DNA of 64,000 bases from Gammaproteobacteria bacterium (GTDB taxonomy: Bacteria > Pseudomonadota > Gammaproteobacteria > Magnimaribacterales > D2472), in assembly GCA_045564035.1 (NCBI GenBank), contig JBJLIA010000033.1:10682-74681 (forward strand), written 5' to 3'. The notes below the pieces were generated by a model. That model searched no databases. It was given only the letters and a program-made list of their open reading frames with translations, and had not been told where the DNA came from. The position numbers and the translations under genes were made by a program. Shown one piece after another: positions 37,797-47,744 of this stretch (the stretch's first letter is position 1; every line of letters starts with the position of its first letter).

Positions 37797-39098
37797 TTAA
37801 TTAATTTCCTTGAAATCAGATGAATAATCCTGAACCAGGTAAACAAATGCCTTGAGTCCATTTGAAAGAGCTGAATCATCAACATAAAAAAATGGTGAAT
37901 GGTTTGATGGGCTTTCATCAACGCCGGGTGCGTTAACACCAAGGAAGAAAAATAAGCCTGGAACTTGTTGAGCATAAAATGAAAAATCTTCAGCTCCAGT
38001 CCTTGGCACTCTTGCTTCAAAAAAATCTCCTTCAGTAGCTTCTATCAATGAAGATGAGTACTTTGTAGTGAGGCCTTCATCATTAAAGGTTACAGGATAA
38101 CCTCCATAAACCTTGAACTCAGCCACAGCGGTAGCATGATGAGCGGCTGCAACATTTTCAGCAATAAGTTTGATTTCTTCTCTTATTTGATCTGCAAAAG
38201 AATCTTTAAATGTTCTAATAGTACCTTCTAACATCGCTGAAGCCGGTATGATATTATTTCTTGTTCCAGCTTTCATAATTCCAACTGTAACTACTGCTTG
38301 ACTCTCTAAAAGATTCAATCTTCTACTTACGATTGTTTGCAAGGTTGAGGCGATATCAGATGCTGCAATGATTGGATCAACTCCACTCCAAGGTCGCGAA
38401 CCATGAGTTTGTTCACCTTGCACAGTTATTCTGAAAGCTTCCGCTGACGCCATAATTGGTCCAGGTTTTGTCCAGATTTGGCCATTTTTAAAATTTGATA
38501 CATGCATTCCAAAAATAGCATCTGGTTTTTCGGCCTCAAAAAGACCTTGTTTTAGCATTAATTCAGCTCCGCCCTCTTCACCTTCAGGAGCGCCCTCTTC
38601 GGCCGGTTGAAATATTAATAAAATATCTCCGTTTAGCTTATCGGTATTTCTAGAAAGAAAACTAGCCACTCCAAGCAACACTGCTATGTGTGAATCATGA
38701 CCGCACGCATGCATTACTCCAACTGCATTGCCTTGATATGTTGTTTTAACTTTCGAAGAAAATGGAAGATTAAGCATTTCAGTAACAGGCAATCCATCAA
38801 TGTCTGCTCTTAGTGCAATTAATGGACCTGGATTTTGACCTCGAATAAATGCGGTTACACCAGTAATGCCATATTCTGTGTTGGGCACCAAGCCCATTTC
38901 AGTCAATGCTTCCGCTATTGATTCTTGTGTTTTATATTCTCTGTTTGAAAGCTCTGGATACTGATGAAAATGGTGCCTCCAGTCTGTCACTTTTGTCATG
39001 AGTCCTTGCAGCTCTTGATCCAATTGATTTTTTAGGTCTTGTGCTAATAAAGGCTCTATCAATAGCATAAAAACACTTAATATAAATAACCTTCTCAT
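37797..39098 (-). CDS. Secreted M20D-family amidohydrolase (aminoacylase / hippurate hydrolase-like)
   Basis: Signal peptide MRRLFILSVFMLLIEPLLAQ, MHACGHDSH metal motif and FQPAEEG. Last gene of the F420 operon, 3 nt after the DUF1295 gene. Confidence 0.85.
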   Translation of the reverse strand: MRRLFILSVFMLLIEPLLAQDLKNQLDQELQGLMTKVTDWRHHFHQYPELSNREYKTQESIAEALTEMGLVPNTEYGITGVTAFIRGQNPGPLIALRADIDGLPVTEMLNLPFSSKVKTTYQGNAVGVMHACGHDSHIAVLLGVASFLSRNTDKLNGDILLIFQPAEEGAPEGEEGGAELMLKQGLFEAEKPDAIFGMHVSNFKNGQIWTKPGPIMASAEAFRITVQGEQTHGSRPWSGVDPIIAASDIASTLQTIVSRRLNLLESQAVVTVGIMKAGTRNNIIPASAMLEGTIRTFKDSFADQIREEIKLIAENVAAAHHATAVAEFKVYGGYPVTFNDEGLTTKYSSSLIEATEGDFFEARVPRTGAEDFSFYAQQVPGLFFFLGVNAPGVDESPSNHSPFFYVDDSALSNGLKAFVYLVQDYSSDFKEIN

Positions 39099-39101
39099 TA
39101 T

Positions 39102-39980
39102 CTAACCTTTTTTAAAAACATTTATAAAAATTGCAGGAGTTGAATCCATGTATTCTTTAAAATCTGGGCGTCTTTCCAATGATCGTTTGTCCATCATTGA
39201 AACAGATGCAATGGCTATTAAAAAATACATGATAAGAGTTCCTATAAGGAGCCACAAAAATGAAAGATTGGAGGCTAGGGCAAAAATAAATAGACTAAAC
39301 CAAAATAAGATCTCTCCGAAGTAGTTAGGATGGCGGGAGTAGTACCATAATCCTGATTTCATAGTTTGAGGCTCACGAAGATTTTTTCTAAAGTTATACA
39401 TTTGTTGATCTGAAATGATTTGAATCACAACAGCTAAGACTGCTATGACGGCAGCTAGAAAATCTAAACTATTTAATTCAGAGCCTGGATAAGCAAGGGT
39501 ATAAATCATTGGTAGTAATGCCATATAAACACAAAGGGTTGGAATCAGATGTATCGAGCCAAAATCAACAATGAAATATTGAAATTTATTATTTGTTTTA
39601 CCTTTCATCATGATGTATCGCCAATCCTCGTGAGAGAAACCATCCCACGACCTCATCCAGTTATAAGTTAATCTAATTGCCCAAAACAATAAACATGCAT
39701 GCATCAACAATGCTCTTTGACTATTTCCAACAGCCGATATATCAGACCAACATAAGACTGTAAGAACTACAGGAATAACAGACCAAAAGGCGTCATACCA
39801 ACTTGAATTATTAAAACAAGTACTAAGAAAATAAATAAAGATTGTTGCCTCAACATGACATATTAAAACTTTTAAAATTAATGATGATTCTGGGAATAAG
39901 TTCCACGTAAGATTCATCGAGTAAATACAGGCTATGTAGCCAATAAAAATTACTGCAAGGTGAGCTAGTTTGTTGTTCAT
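39102..39980 (-). CDS. DUF1295 / steroid 5-alpha-reductase-like polytopic membrane protein
   Basis: YSRHPNYFGEILFW C-terminal motif and multiple TM segments. The start ATG overlaps the fbiC stop (ATGA at 39977..39980). Confidence 0.75.
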   Translation of the reverse strand: MNNKLAHLAVIFIGYIACIYSMNLTWNLFPESSLILKVLICHVEATIFIYFLSTCFNNSSWYDAFWSVIPVVLTVLCWSDISAVGNSQRALLMHACLLFWAIRLTYNWMRSWDGFSHEDWRYIMMKGKTNNKFQYFIVDFGSIHLIPTLCVYMALLPMIYTLAYPGSELNSLDFLAAVIAVLAVVIQIISDQQMYNFRKNLREPQTMKSGLWYYSRHPNYFGEILFWFSLFIFALASNLSFLWLLIGTLIMYFLIAIASVSMMDKRSLERRPDFKEYMDSTPAIFINVFKKG

Positions 39981-42391
39981 ACGGTAGTGGTTATTTTTTT
40001 AGGTTGGTGATACTCATTAATAATTGGAATCAATGGAATAGATTGTAAATTTATTAAGTCTTGAATATCGTTAGTCAAAGAATGATAAAGAGTATTCCTT
40101 TGTTTTAAATTTAAGCCTAACTCGTCAATGATGGTTAAAACATCATCAAGATTAAGCTCCTGTCCAAACGAAGCTCCTGCAGATCTTGTTATGGATTCAT
40201 TCATCAAAACACCCCCAATGTCATTGATTCCTGAAGACAAAAGGTACTTTAACCCTGGTAATCCCATCTTAACCCATGAACCTTGGATATTATTAATACT
40301 TCCATTGTAAAGAATCCTCGCAACTGAATGTACTAAAATTGTTTCTTTAAAAGTGGGTCCAGGTCTTGATTTTCCTCTCCTAAATATAGGTGCTTCCTCT
40401 GCAACGAATGGTAAAGGGACGAATTCAGTTAATCCATTTGTACTATTTTGAATTTCTAAGAGCCTAATTAAATGATGAGCAACATGAGACATATTCTCAA
40501 CGTGTCCAAACATCATAGTAGATGTTGTAGGCAATCCTACTGAGTGAGCAGCTTTAATGATCTCCACCCATTCATTAGAATTAAGCTTATCAGGGCAGAT
40601 AATTGCTCGAATGTCATCATGCAAAATCTCAGCTGCTGTTCCAGGAAGTGAGTTGAGACCTACATTTTTAAGCTCAATTAGAAAGTCCTTGACAGAAATA
40701 TTTAAAGTCTTTCTACCATGATCAATTTCAAGAGGAGAAAAAGCATGGATATGAATAGAGTCAGACACTGATCGAATGGCTCTCACAATATCAAGATATG
40801 TCTCCCCGGAAAATTTAGGATGAATGCCGCCTTGCAAGCAGACCTCAGTCGCGCCTCTATCAATCGCTTCTTTTGTTCTTCGAATTATTTCTTCCTCAGA
40901 AATATTATATGGCATACCTCTCAAGTCATCATGGCCTTTGCCTTTAGAAAAGGCGCAAAAATTACATTTAAAAGAGCATATATTGGTGTAGTTAATATTC
41001 CGATTCACTACAAAACTAATTTCTGATCCATGGATTTGAGATTTAATCTCATCAGCATATTTAACAATATACTGAAACTCATTCTCAGATGTCTCTAATA
41101 GTGACTGAACATTCATAGCAGAAGGGTTTGTCTCTACATCTTTAATTAGTGAACGTATATTTGAGCTAAGTATCGCCTCTGGATAAGATGGAGTTGTATT
41201 ACTAACTCCAGATTTCCATTGATCAGATCGTATAAGTGATTGCGAATCAGTTATTTGCAATAACTTAGATGCTATTTCCTGTGTAGAGAAAGTCTCAAGA
41301 TCGGCAAAGTATTTTGGGTACAACGTTGCTCTAGGCTTTAAGAGCTGATTAGTCTTTAAAACAATTTGGTTCAACTTTTCTATTTCAGGCCAAGGCGCCT
41401 CTGGATTGACATAATCCTTAGTTACCGGAGATATGCCTCCAAAATCATTGATTCCGGAAAGGGTTAATTGACTAATATATTCTGAATTTAAGTTGGGTGG
41501 TACTTGCAAGCTAATATCACCAGGCAAAATCAATCTAGCCATAGCAATTGTCCACATTAACTCATCAAAAGAAGGCTCTACTGCATTTGTCATTAATGTA
41601 TTAGGTTTCGCCTTAAAATTTTGAACTATAACTTCTTGAACATGATTATATTTCTTATGTAGCTCTGAAATTTTATGCAATGACTCCAACCGTTCTAGCC
41701 TTGTTTCGCCAATTCCAATTAATATTCCAGTTGTAAAAGGAACACTTTGTTTTCCAGCTTCTTCTAAGGTCTGCATTCTAAATAATGGGTCTTTATCAGG
41801 AGATCCATAATGAGGCTGCCCTTTTTCAGTAAGGCGGGATGACAAAGATTCAACCATGAGCCCCATTGAGCCGCTTAAAGGTTTTAATTTTTTAATTTCA
41901 TTGGGAGTTAAACAACCAGGATTAAGATGGGGAATAAGAGATGTTTCTTTTAAAACTGCCGCTGCACAAGCACCAAGATAGTCATTTGTAGTCTTAAAGC
42001 CATTCTCCTCCAGCCATTCTCTTGCAGCTTTGTACCTCAATTCAGGCTTATCACCAAGAGTAAATAAAGCCTCAAAGCAACCATGAGCCTCTCCCTCTTT
42101 TGCAATTGCAATAACTTGTGCAATTGATAAATAAGGAGATTCAACCTTTTTAGGTGTTTGAGCAAAAGTACAATAATGACAAACATCTCGACACAAAAAC
42201 GTTAATGGTATGAATACCTTTGGCGAATAAGTGAGTAAATTTTTAAAATAGGCTTTTTTCTTTTCAAAAGATGATTGAATAAGAGCATCAGATAAACAGA
42301 TATCGGCCAGGGAACTTAATTCAAAATAATCTATAGATCCTGTAGCAATTAATTGCTTCAAAGATAGATTTGATTGTTCTTGAATTTTCAA
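39977..42391 (-). CDS. fbiC: FO (7,8-didemethyl-8-hydroxy-5-deazariboflavin) synthase, fused CofG+CofH
   Basis: 804 aa with two radical-SAM cluster motifs, CRDVCHYCTF in the N-half and CSFKCNFCAF in the C-half. Adjacent to cofC/D/E. Confidence 0.95.
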   Translation of the reverse strand: MKIQEQSNLSLKQLIATGSIDYFELSSLADICLSDALIQSSFEKKKAYFKNLLTYSPKVFIPLTFLCRDVCHYCTFAQTPKKVESPYLSIAQVIAIAKEGEAHGCFEALFTLGDKPELRYKAAREWLEENGFKTTNDYLGACAAAVLKETSLIPHLNPGCLTPNEIKKLKPLSGSMGLMVESLSSRLTEKGQPHYGSPDKDPLFRMQTLEEAGKQSVPFTTGILIGIGETRLERLESLHKISELHKKYNHVQEVIVQNFKAKPNTLMTNAVEPSFDELMWTIAMARLILPGDISLQVPPNLNSEYISQLTLSGINDFGGISPVTKDYVNPEAPWPEIEKLNQIVLKTNQLLKPRATLYPKYFADLETFSTQEIASKLLQITDSQSLIRSDQWKSGVSNTTPSYPEAILSSNIRSLIKDVETNPSAMNVQSLLETSENEFQYIVKYADEIKSQIHGSEISFVVNRNINYTNICSFKCNFCAFSKGKGHDDLRGMPYNISEEEIIRRTKEAIDRGATEVCLQGGIHPKFSGETYLDIVRAIRSVSDSIHIHAFSPLEIDHGRKTLNISVKDFLIELKNVGLNSLPGTAAEILHDDIRAIICPDKLNSNEWVEIIKAAHSVGLPTTSTMMFGHVENMSHVAHHLIRLLEIQNSTNGLTEFVPLPFVAEEAPIFRRGKSRPGPTFKETILVHSVARILYNGSINNIQGSWVKMGLPGLKYLLSSGINDIGGVLMNESITRSAGASFGQELNLDDVLTIIDELGLNLKQRNTLYHSLTNDIQDLINLQSIPLIPIINEYHQPKKITTTV

Positions 42392-42395
42392 CGAG

Positions 42396-42971
42396 CTAAC
42401 TATTAATGTATTTAATTAGTTTGAAGTAATCTTTCTCGGAGTCAAGGTCATCTTGAAGGCTTTCTATATCTAAGTCTTGATAGTTAATATCATTATTTTT
42501 AAATTCTTGCTGAAAAAGATTATAGCTCTCTAGACCAAATTTAAGTTGAAAATTCATAGATGCGCTAAACATCAAACAGTTAGTTCCTTGCTTTTGGAGA
42601 TCAGAAACTATAGTTACTTTTGAACTGCTATAGCTATGAGCAAGGATTTGTAAATCAGATTCATTAATTCGGGGAAGATCGGCATGCATTATTAAGACAA
42701 TGTCGTGATTAGCATTCGAATAGATGGCTTTATCTAAACTTTCATTTAATGATAGTTCTGTAAAATAAGACTTAGAATTTTCTAAATGTAAATTACAATC
42801 ATTTGTAACCACCGTGATTGAGTTGCATATTTTAGATTTAGATAAAATATCTATTGTATTTTTTGCCATTGAGGCCGCAAGAGCCTCTCTTTCTGCAAGG
42901 TTAATTATATTAGACAATCTTTTTTTTGAAGTTGAAAACTTTTTAATTGGTATAAATGCTGAGACATTCAT
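42396..42971 (-). CDS. cofC: F420 side-chain precursor guanylyltransferase CofC/FbiD
   Basis: AFIPIKKFSTSKKRLS N-terminus, MHADLPRI, GTNCLMF and DDLDSEKDY motifs match the CofC pattern. Operon context. Confidence 0.8.
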   Translation of the reverse strand: MNVSAFIPIKKFSTSKKRLSNIINLAEREALAASMAKNTIDILSKSKICNSITVVTNDCNLHLENSKSYFTELSLNESLDKAIYSNANHDIVLIMHADLPRINESDLQILAHSYSSSKVTIVSDLQKQGTNCLMFSASMNFQLKFGLESYNLFQQEFKNNDINYQDLDIESLQDDLDSEKDYFKLIKYINS

Positions 42972-43901
42972 TTATTTTGATTCAAGGACTTGAATGATTT
43001 CATGGGCAAGCGCATTTTTAGACTTAGTATTATTCATAATCAAATTAGTCATATGAACCTCAAATCCCAAGTTATTTAATTTAGCAGACTCGTTTAAATC
43101 AGACGTATCTATAAAAATTCTATTAGAGTAATTTTGATAAAATGTACCTATTGTTACAACACTAATCTCATGTCCCAACTCTAGCATCATTTTTGCTGTT
43201 GGCCCTTTTAAAGATTTAGCATTCACAATAGGACTGATAACGGTTACCTTTTCTGAAAAATCTTGAAGATGCTCACTCAGAGTGGTTAGCTGAAGCATTG
43301 GATTGATACTTACATATGGATTCGAAGGACATACAATAATCTCATCGTATCTTGATAATTCTATATCCTGATTAAATTTGGCCTTATCAAGCCCCTTAAA
43401 CACAAAGTCAGTTACTGGAGGTTCACACTTTAGTTTCACGAAATATTCTTGAAATGAAAGTAATCTATTTTTTGTTTGGATATACGTTTCAACTGGTTGA
43501 TTGCTCATCGGAAAAATATTTTTATGCAACTTAAATGATGTACACAAATTATGTGTGGCCTCAGTAAGAGAAAGCCCAGAATTTACTAAGTGTGTTCTCT
43601 GGATGTGAGTGGCCAAATCTTTATCTCCAAGCTGAAACCAAGTTTCTCCGCTCATATCACCCAATGCTGTTAGCATATTCCATGATTCGTCTTTTCTACC
43701 CCAGCCCTTTGATACATCGGACTCATCAGCAAGTGTATACATTACTGTATCTAGATCAGGACAAATTTTTAAATTTAGATGATTAAAATCGTCTCCGGTA
43801 TTAACGGCAATAGTTAGATTCTTTGGATCGATTGAATTTCTAAATCCTAGAGCGAGTTTGGCGCCTCCTACTCCTCCGCACAGCAAGAGATAGTTTTTCA
43901 T
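42972..43901 (-). CDS. cofD: 2-phospho-L-lactate (or analogue) transferase CofD/FbiA
   Basis: LLCGGVGGAKLALG N-terminus, PDLDTVMYTLA and GDKDLATH motifs. Confidence 0.9.
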   Translation of the reverse strand: MKNYLLLCGGVGGAKLALGFRNSIDPKNLTIAVNTGDDFNHLNLKICPDLDTVMYTLADESDVSKGWGRKDESWNMLTALGDMSGETWFQLGDKDLATHIQRTHLVNSGLSLTEATHNLCTSFKLHKNIFPMSNQPVETYIQTKNRLLSFQEYFVKLKCEPPVTDFVFKGLDKAKFNQDIELSRYDEIIVCPSNPYVSINPMLQLTTLSEHLQDFSEKVTVISPIVNAKSLKGPTAKMMLELGHEISVVTIGTFYQNYSNRIFIDTSDLNESAKLNNLGFEVHMTNLIMNNTKSKNALAHEIIQVLESK

Positions 43902-44626
43902 CTAAACAAATCCTCTTCTTCACCTCGAATTAACGATTGAGAATCACTAAGATTATTTTGTTTAAATTTATATCCTTTAATTATTACAACTGGTTTTTTT
44001 TGAGCTGCCTGACCCATCAACAAAGATGCAGCTGCAGCTAACTCATCAGCGATACCAATCTGAGTAACTTTTAATTCGTTTCCATAAAGATCTTTTTGAC
44101 CTCGCTCATCTAAAATGCTTTCAATATTATGGCTGCCTATAGTAAAACCAACAATGCCATTTCTAAATGGTCTGCCCATGGTATCGGTAATTATTACAGA
44201 TACATTCTTTTTAAAAAATTGAGACAGAGATTGAGAAATTTCTTTTGCAGATTCATCAGGATCTTCTGGCAATAACAATACAATGTCTTGCTCTTGATCA
44301 ATATTAGACCTATCAATCCCTGCATTTGCATGAATAAATCCTAGCTTATGTTCTACGATCAATACACCCATTCTGTAACGAACAACTTTCTTTGACTCAT
44401 TAAGAATAGCTTGGATAAATTTTGGATCTTTATCAATCTGCTTTGATAAGGTTTTAGCTTCCTCTGAGGGGCTGAGCGATGAAATATCTAGATACCTATT
44501 TTCTGATTTAGAGACAATCTTTTGAGCAATGGCAATGACATCCCCATCATCGACTAATATTGATTCAGATGCGATAGCATTAATAATTTCATCAGACAAA
44601 TCTTGACCGGGCTGAATAAGAGGCAT
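43898..44626 (-). CDS. cofE: F420-0:gamma-glutamyl ligase CofE (stand-alone, no FbiB C-terminal domain)
   Basis: PLIQPGQDL, AIAQKIVSKSE, HANAGIDRSN and ITDTMGRPFRNG motifs. 242 aa. Confidence 0.9.
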   Translation of the reverse strand: MPLIQPGQDLSDEIINAIASESILVDDGDVIAIAQKIVSKSENRYLDISSLSPSEEAKTLSKQIDKDPKFIQAILNESKKVVRYRMGVLIVEHKLGFIHANAGIDRSNIDQEQDIVLLLPEDPDESAKEISQSLSQFFKKNVSVIITDTMGRPFRNGIVGFTIGSHNIESILDERGQKDLYGNELKVTQIGIADELAAAASLLMGQAAQKKPVVIIKGYKFKQNNLSDSQSLIRGEEEDLFR

Positions 44627-44672
44627 TGTCTCTAACGCAATGAGTTTAATTGAACTGATAATATTTCTCTTT

Positions 44673-45305
44673 TTAGTGACCAGTGATCTTAATGCCTGAA
44701 TGGGCCAATGAGTGCTTTTTATTAATGGCGATAAGTATTGAAGTTAAGGCTTCAGCTGCAACTGAATTGCATAAAGGTCCAGCATGCCATCCTGTCAGAC
44801 CAGCATCGGCTGCTAATTTAATTACGATATTTCTTGCATCAATTAAATCACCAGCAACCAAGACATCACAATCTATGTCGGCATCAGTTTGAAGTAATTC
44901 AGCTGAAATATTTTGAAAAGCAGATATCACAGTAGTATTTTCACCTAAAATTGATTGAGCATTTAATGCAGCAGAGCCAATTTCAGGCAGTTGCACTCTC
45001 ATAACTTTTGGAGGCATCAATGGCACAGTTGCATCAATCATTATCTTATTATGCAAAGCATCATCAATACTTGAGAGCGTTGATTCTTGATGGGCAAATG
45101 GCACTGTTAAACAAGCAAGTTCGCAGGCTTTAGCTGCATCAAGATTTAACATCCCCGCTGAACTATCCATACCTAATTGGACTGCAATCTCATGAGCCTT
45201 ATCTAGATCACGACTGCCTATAAGGACATCATGTCCAGCTTTAATCCATCTTGAGGCCAACCCTTTCCCCAAAGAACCTGTTCCTCCTAGAATAGCTATT
45301 TTCAT
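44673..45305 (-). CDS. fno: NADPH-dependent F420 reductase (Fno/NpdG)
   Basis: MKIAILGGTGSLGKGLASRW..GSRD Rossmann start typical of NpdG. 210 aa. First gene of the F420 operon. Confidence 0.85.
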   Translation of the reverse strand: MKIAILGGTGSLGKGLASRWIKAGHDVLIGSRDLDKAHEIAVQLGMDSSAGMLNLDAAKACELACLTVPFAHQESTLSSIDDALHNKIMIDATVPLMPPKVMRVQLPEIGSAALNAQSILGENTTVISAFQNISAELLQTDADIDCDVLVAGDLIDARNIVIKLAADAGLTGWHAGPLCNSVAAEALTSILIAINKKHSLAHSGIKITGH

Positions 45306-45448
45306 TCAATATCTCCTTATTAATATTTAACAAATATTATACAAATTAACCAACCAATCAATGGGTTTATACAAGAATAAATTTGTCAATATAAATTAGA
45401 CTTACATACTCTATAATTAAATAGATTAAATCGGCAAAAATTCTAAAA

Positions 45449-46219
45449 ATGTTAAATTTAAAAAGTAAATCAATAGTGGTGACCGGAGGTACAAAAGGTA
45501 TAGGCATTGAGATTGCTAAATCTTTTTTAAAGCAAAATGCTAAGGTATTTGTTCTTGCAAGACAAAAACCTAAAAGAATTATTCAGGCGAAAGGTAATAA
45601 AGCAATGTTTATTCAATGTGATATAAGAGATATAGAATCTCTAGATAACTGTGTAAAAGAAATTAAAGCTCAATCAAATTCAATTGATGTTTTAATAAAT
45701 AACGCTGGTGGAGCTCCAATGGTTAATGCTCTAACGGCATCAAATAAATTCCACGAAGCTATCATTGATCTTAATTTATCTGCCCCTCTTAATGTAAGTC
45801 AAAGATTTGCCAAAATTATGATGAAACAAAAGACAGTTTCAAATATCATTAATATATCTAGCGTAACAGCAACAAGACCAACGCAAGGAAGTGCTGCTTA
45901 TGGTGCAGCTAAGGGAGGCCTGGTAAATCTAACTAAAACCTTGGCAGTTGAATGGGCTCCGAAAATTAAGGTTAATTCTATAATTGTAGGTTACATAGAA
46001 ACAGAAAATTCGATACTTCATTACGGAAGCAAAAAAGAAATTAATAAAATTGCTAAAACAATACCAATGAAGAGAATGGGAAAACCAGAGGATATTGCAA
46101 ATGCTTGCTTATTCTTTTCTTCTCAAATGGCAGATTGGATTACAGGCTCAGCTCTAGAAGTTCATGGCGGTGGAGAAAAACCAGTTTATTTAGATGTAGC
46201 TAAGCCTAAACGAAATTAG
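45449..46219 (+). CDS. Short-chain dehydrogenase/reductase (SDR)
   Basis: TGGTKGIG, NNAGG and YGAAKGG motifs. Confidence 0.85.
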   Translation: MLNLKSKSIVVTGGTKGIGIEIAKSFLKQNAKVFVLARQKPKRIIQAKGNKAMFIQCDIRDIESLDNCVKEIKAQSNSIDVLINNAGGAPMVNALTASNKFHEAIIDLNLSAPLNVSQRFAKIMMKQKTVSNIINISSVTATRPTQGSAAYGAAKGGLVNLTKTLAVEWAPKIKVNSIIVGYIETENSILHYGSKKEINKIAKTIPMKRMGKPEDIANACLFFSSQMADWITGSALEVHGGGEKPVYLDVAKPKRN

Positions 46220-47742
46220 CCAAATAGCTTTCTTACCAATCTATTTCCCCAGAATATTTTTAACGCGCCTTTAAGTTGCTCGAATGATTTATCAGTATAG
46301 GGATAGGCTGATGCAGATTTTTTGCCGATGATAATTGGCATTGGATGAGCATATGCTAATAAGCCCTCCTTTCCATTTACTACGCCGAGACCACTTTCTT
46401 TTACGCCGCCAAATGGTACTTCATTGACTCCATAACTCATTGCCATATCGTTGACAGAACATGCGCCCGTCTCAATTGATTTGGCTAATCTTTGCCCTTT
46501 AACCAAATCTTTAGTCCAAACATTTCCATTTAAACCATAATGAGACTGGTTAGCGAGCATTAATGCCTCATCTTCAGACTGAACTTTCATAATAGAGATA
46601 ATTGGTCCAAAGGTTTCATCTTTCATGATCTTCATTTCATGAGTAACCTCAACTAGAACAGTGGGTTCAAAATATAGACCTTCAAAATTAGGGTTTCTTT
46701 TTCCACCAACTAATACCTTAGCCCCTTTTGCAACAGCATCATTGACATGATCTTCAATGATGTTGATTTGTTTATCCCAAAAAGTAGGTCCTACATCGCC
46801 TTTGCAGTCATTTGATTGGATTAGTGACTGGGTTATAGATACAACTTCCTCAACAAACTGATCATAGACCTCATCCATAACATAAATTCTTTCAGTACCG
46901 CAGCAATATTGACCTGCATTCATGCATGAACCAACAACTGCCCCACTTGCCGCATCCTTAATATCAGCATCAGAGCATACAATCATTGCATCTTTACCAC
47001 CTAGCTCAAGGCTATAGGGAATAAGCATTTCTCCACATTTAGCTGCAATCTTCTTTCCAGTAGTAACACTGCCTGTGAAAGATACTTTATCTGGGGCACA
47101 ATCAATTAACTCAGCACCTGTCTGACCATCTCCAATGACTGTCTGAACTAAATGTTGCGGAGCCTCCGCTAATGCAAAAATCTCCTGAACCAATGCTCCG
47201 GACATAGGTGTAACCTCAGATGGTTTTACCACCACACTGTTTCCACAAAGAACTGCCTGTATAACTGGATTGATGGAAAGTATGAAGGGTCCATTCCAGG
47301 GAGTAATAACAGCCACAACACCTCTTGGCTTGTATGTGATGATAGTCTTTTTAAGAAATTGCATAGGGCCGTGCATCTTGATTTTTTTATCTGCTAACCA
47401 CTTTTGAGCTCTTTTGGCATAAAACACTAAAGAATCTACAGCTGAAAATACCTCCATAGCCATAGCTTCTTGCTCTGGTTTGCCAGTTTCTCTCATAACA
47501 ACATCCATGATTCTGTCTTGCTGCTGAATTACAACATCGGCCACCCTATGCATTAATTCAACCCTTTCTTTTAATGTTGTCTTCTTCCATTCACTTTGTG
47601 CAACTTTAGCTTGCGTCATGATTGTTGAAATCTCTTCAGTTGATGTGCATTCATAAGTATCGATATGCGAAAGATTAACTGGGCTTTTTAAGGTTAATAG
47701 TTTTTTGCCGCCCTCAGAATGAGAAATAGAAAAAATAGCCAT
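46216..47742 (-). CDS. NAD(P)-dependent aldehyde dehydrogenase
   Basis: ELGGKDA, NAGQYCCGTERIYV (catalytic Cys) and FTGSVTTGK motifs. Confidence 0.9.
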   Translation of the reverse strand: MAIFSISHSEGGKKLLTLKSPVNLSHIDTYECTSTEEISTIMTQAKVAQSEWKKTTLKERVELMHRVADVVIQQQDRIMDVVMRETGKPEQEAMAMEVFSAVDSLVFYAKRAQKWLADKKIKMHGPMQFLKKTIITYKPRGVVAVITPWNGPFILSINPVIQAVLCGNSVVVKPSEVTPMSGALVQEIFALAEAPQHLVQTVIGDGQTGAELIDCAPDKVSFTGSVTTGKKIAAKCGEMLIPYSLELGGKDAMIVCSDADIKDAASGAVVGSCMNAGQYCCGTERIYVMDEVYDQFVEEVVSITQSLIQSNDCKGDVGPTFWDKQINIIEDHVNDAVAKGAKVLVGGKRNPNFEGLYFEPTVLVEVTHEMKIMKDETFGPIISIMKVQSEDEALMLANQSHYGLNGNVWTKDLVKGQRLAKSIETGACSVNDMAMSYGVNEVPFGGVKESGLGVVNGKEGLLAYAHPMPIIIGKKSASAYPYTDKSFEQLKGALKIFWGNRLVRKLFG

Positions 47743-47744
47743 TT

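Noticed and set aside
37787-38020. 77-aa minus-strand ORF overlapping the 3' end of the M20D gene in another frame
   Set aside because: It is fully contained within the strongly supported M20D coding region in a different frame and has no motif support.
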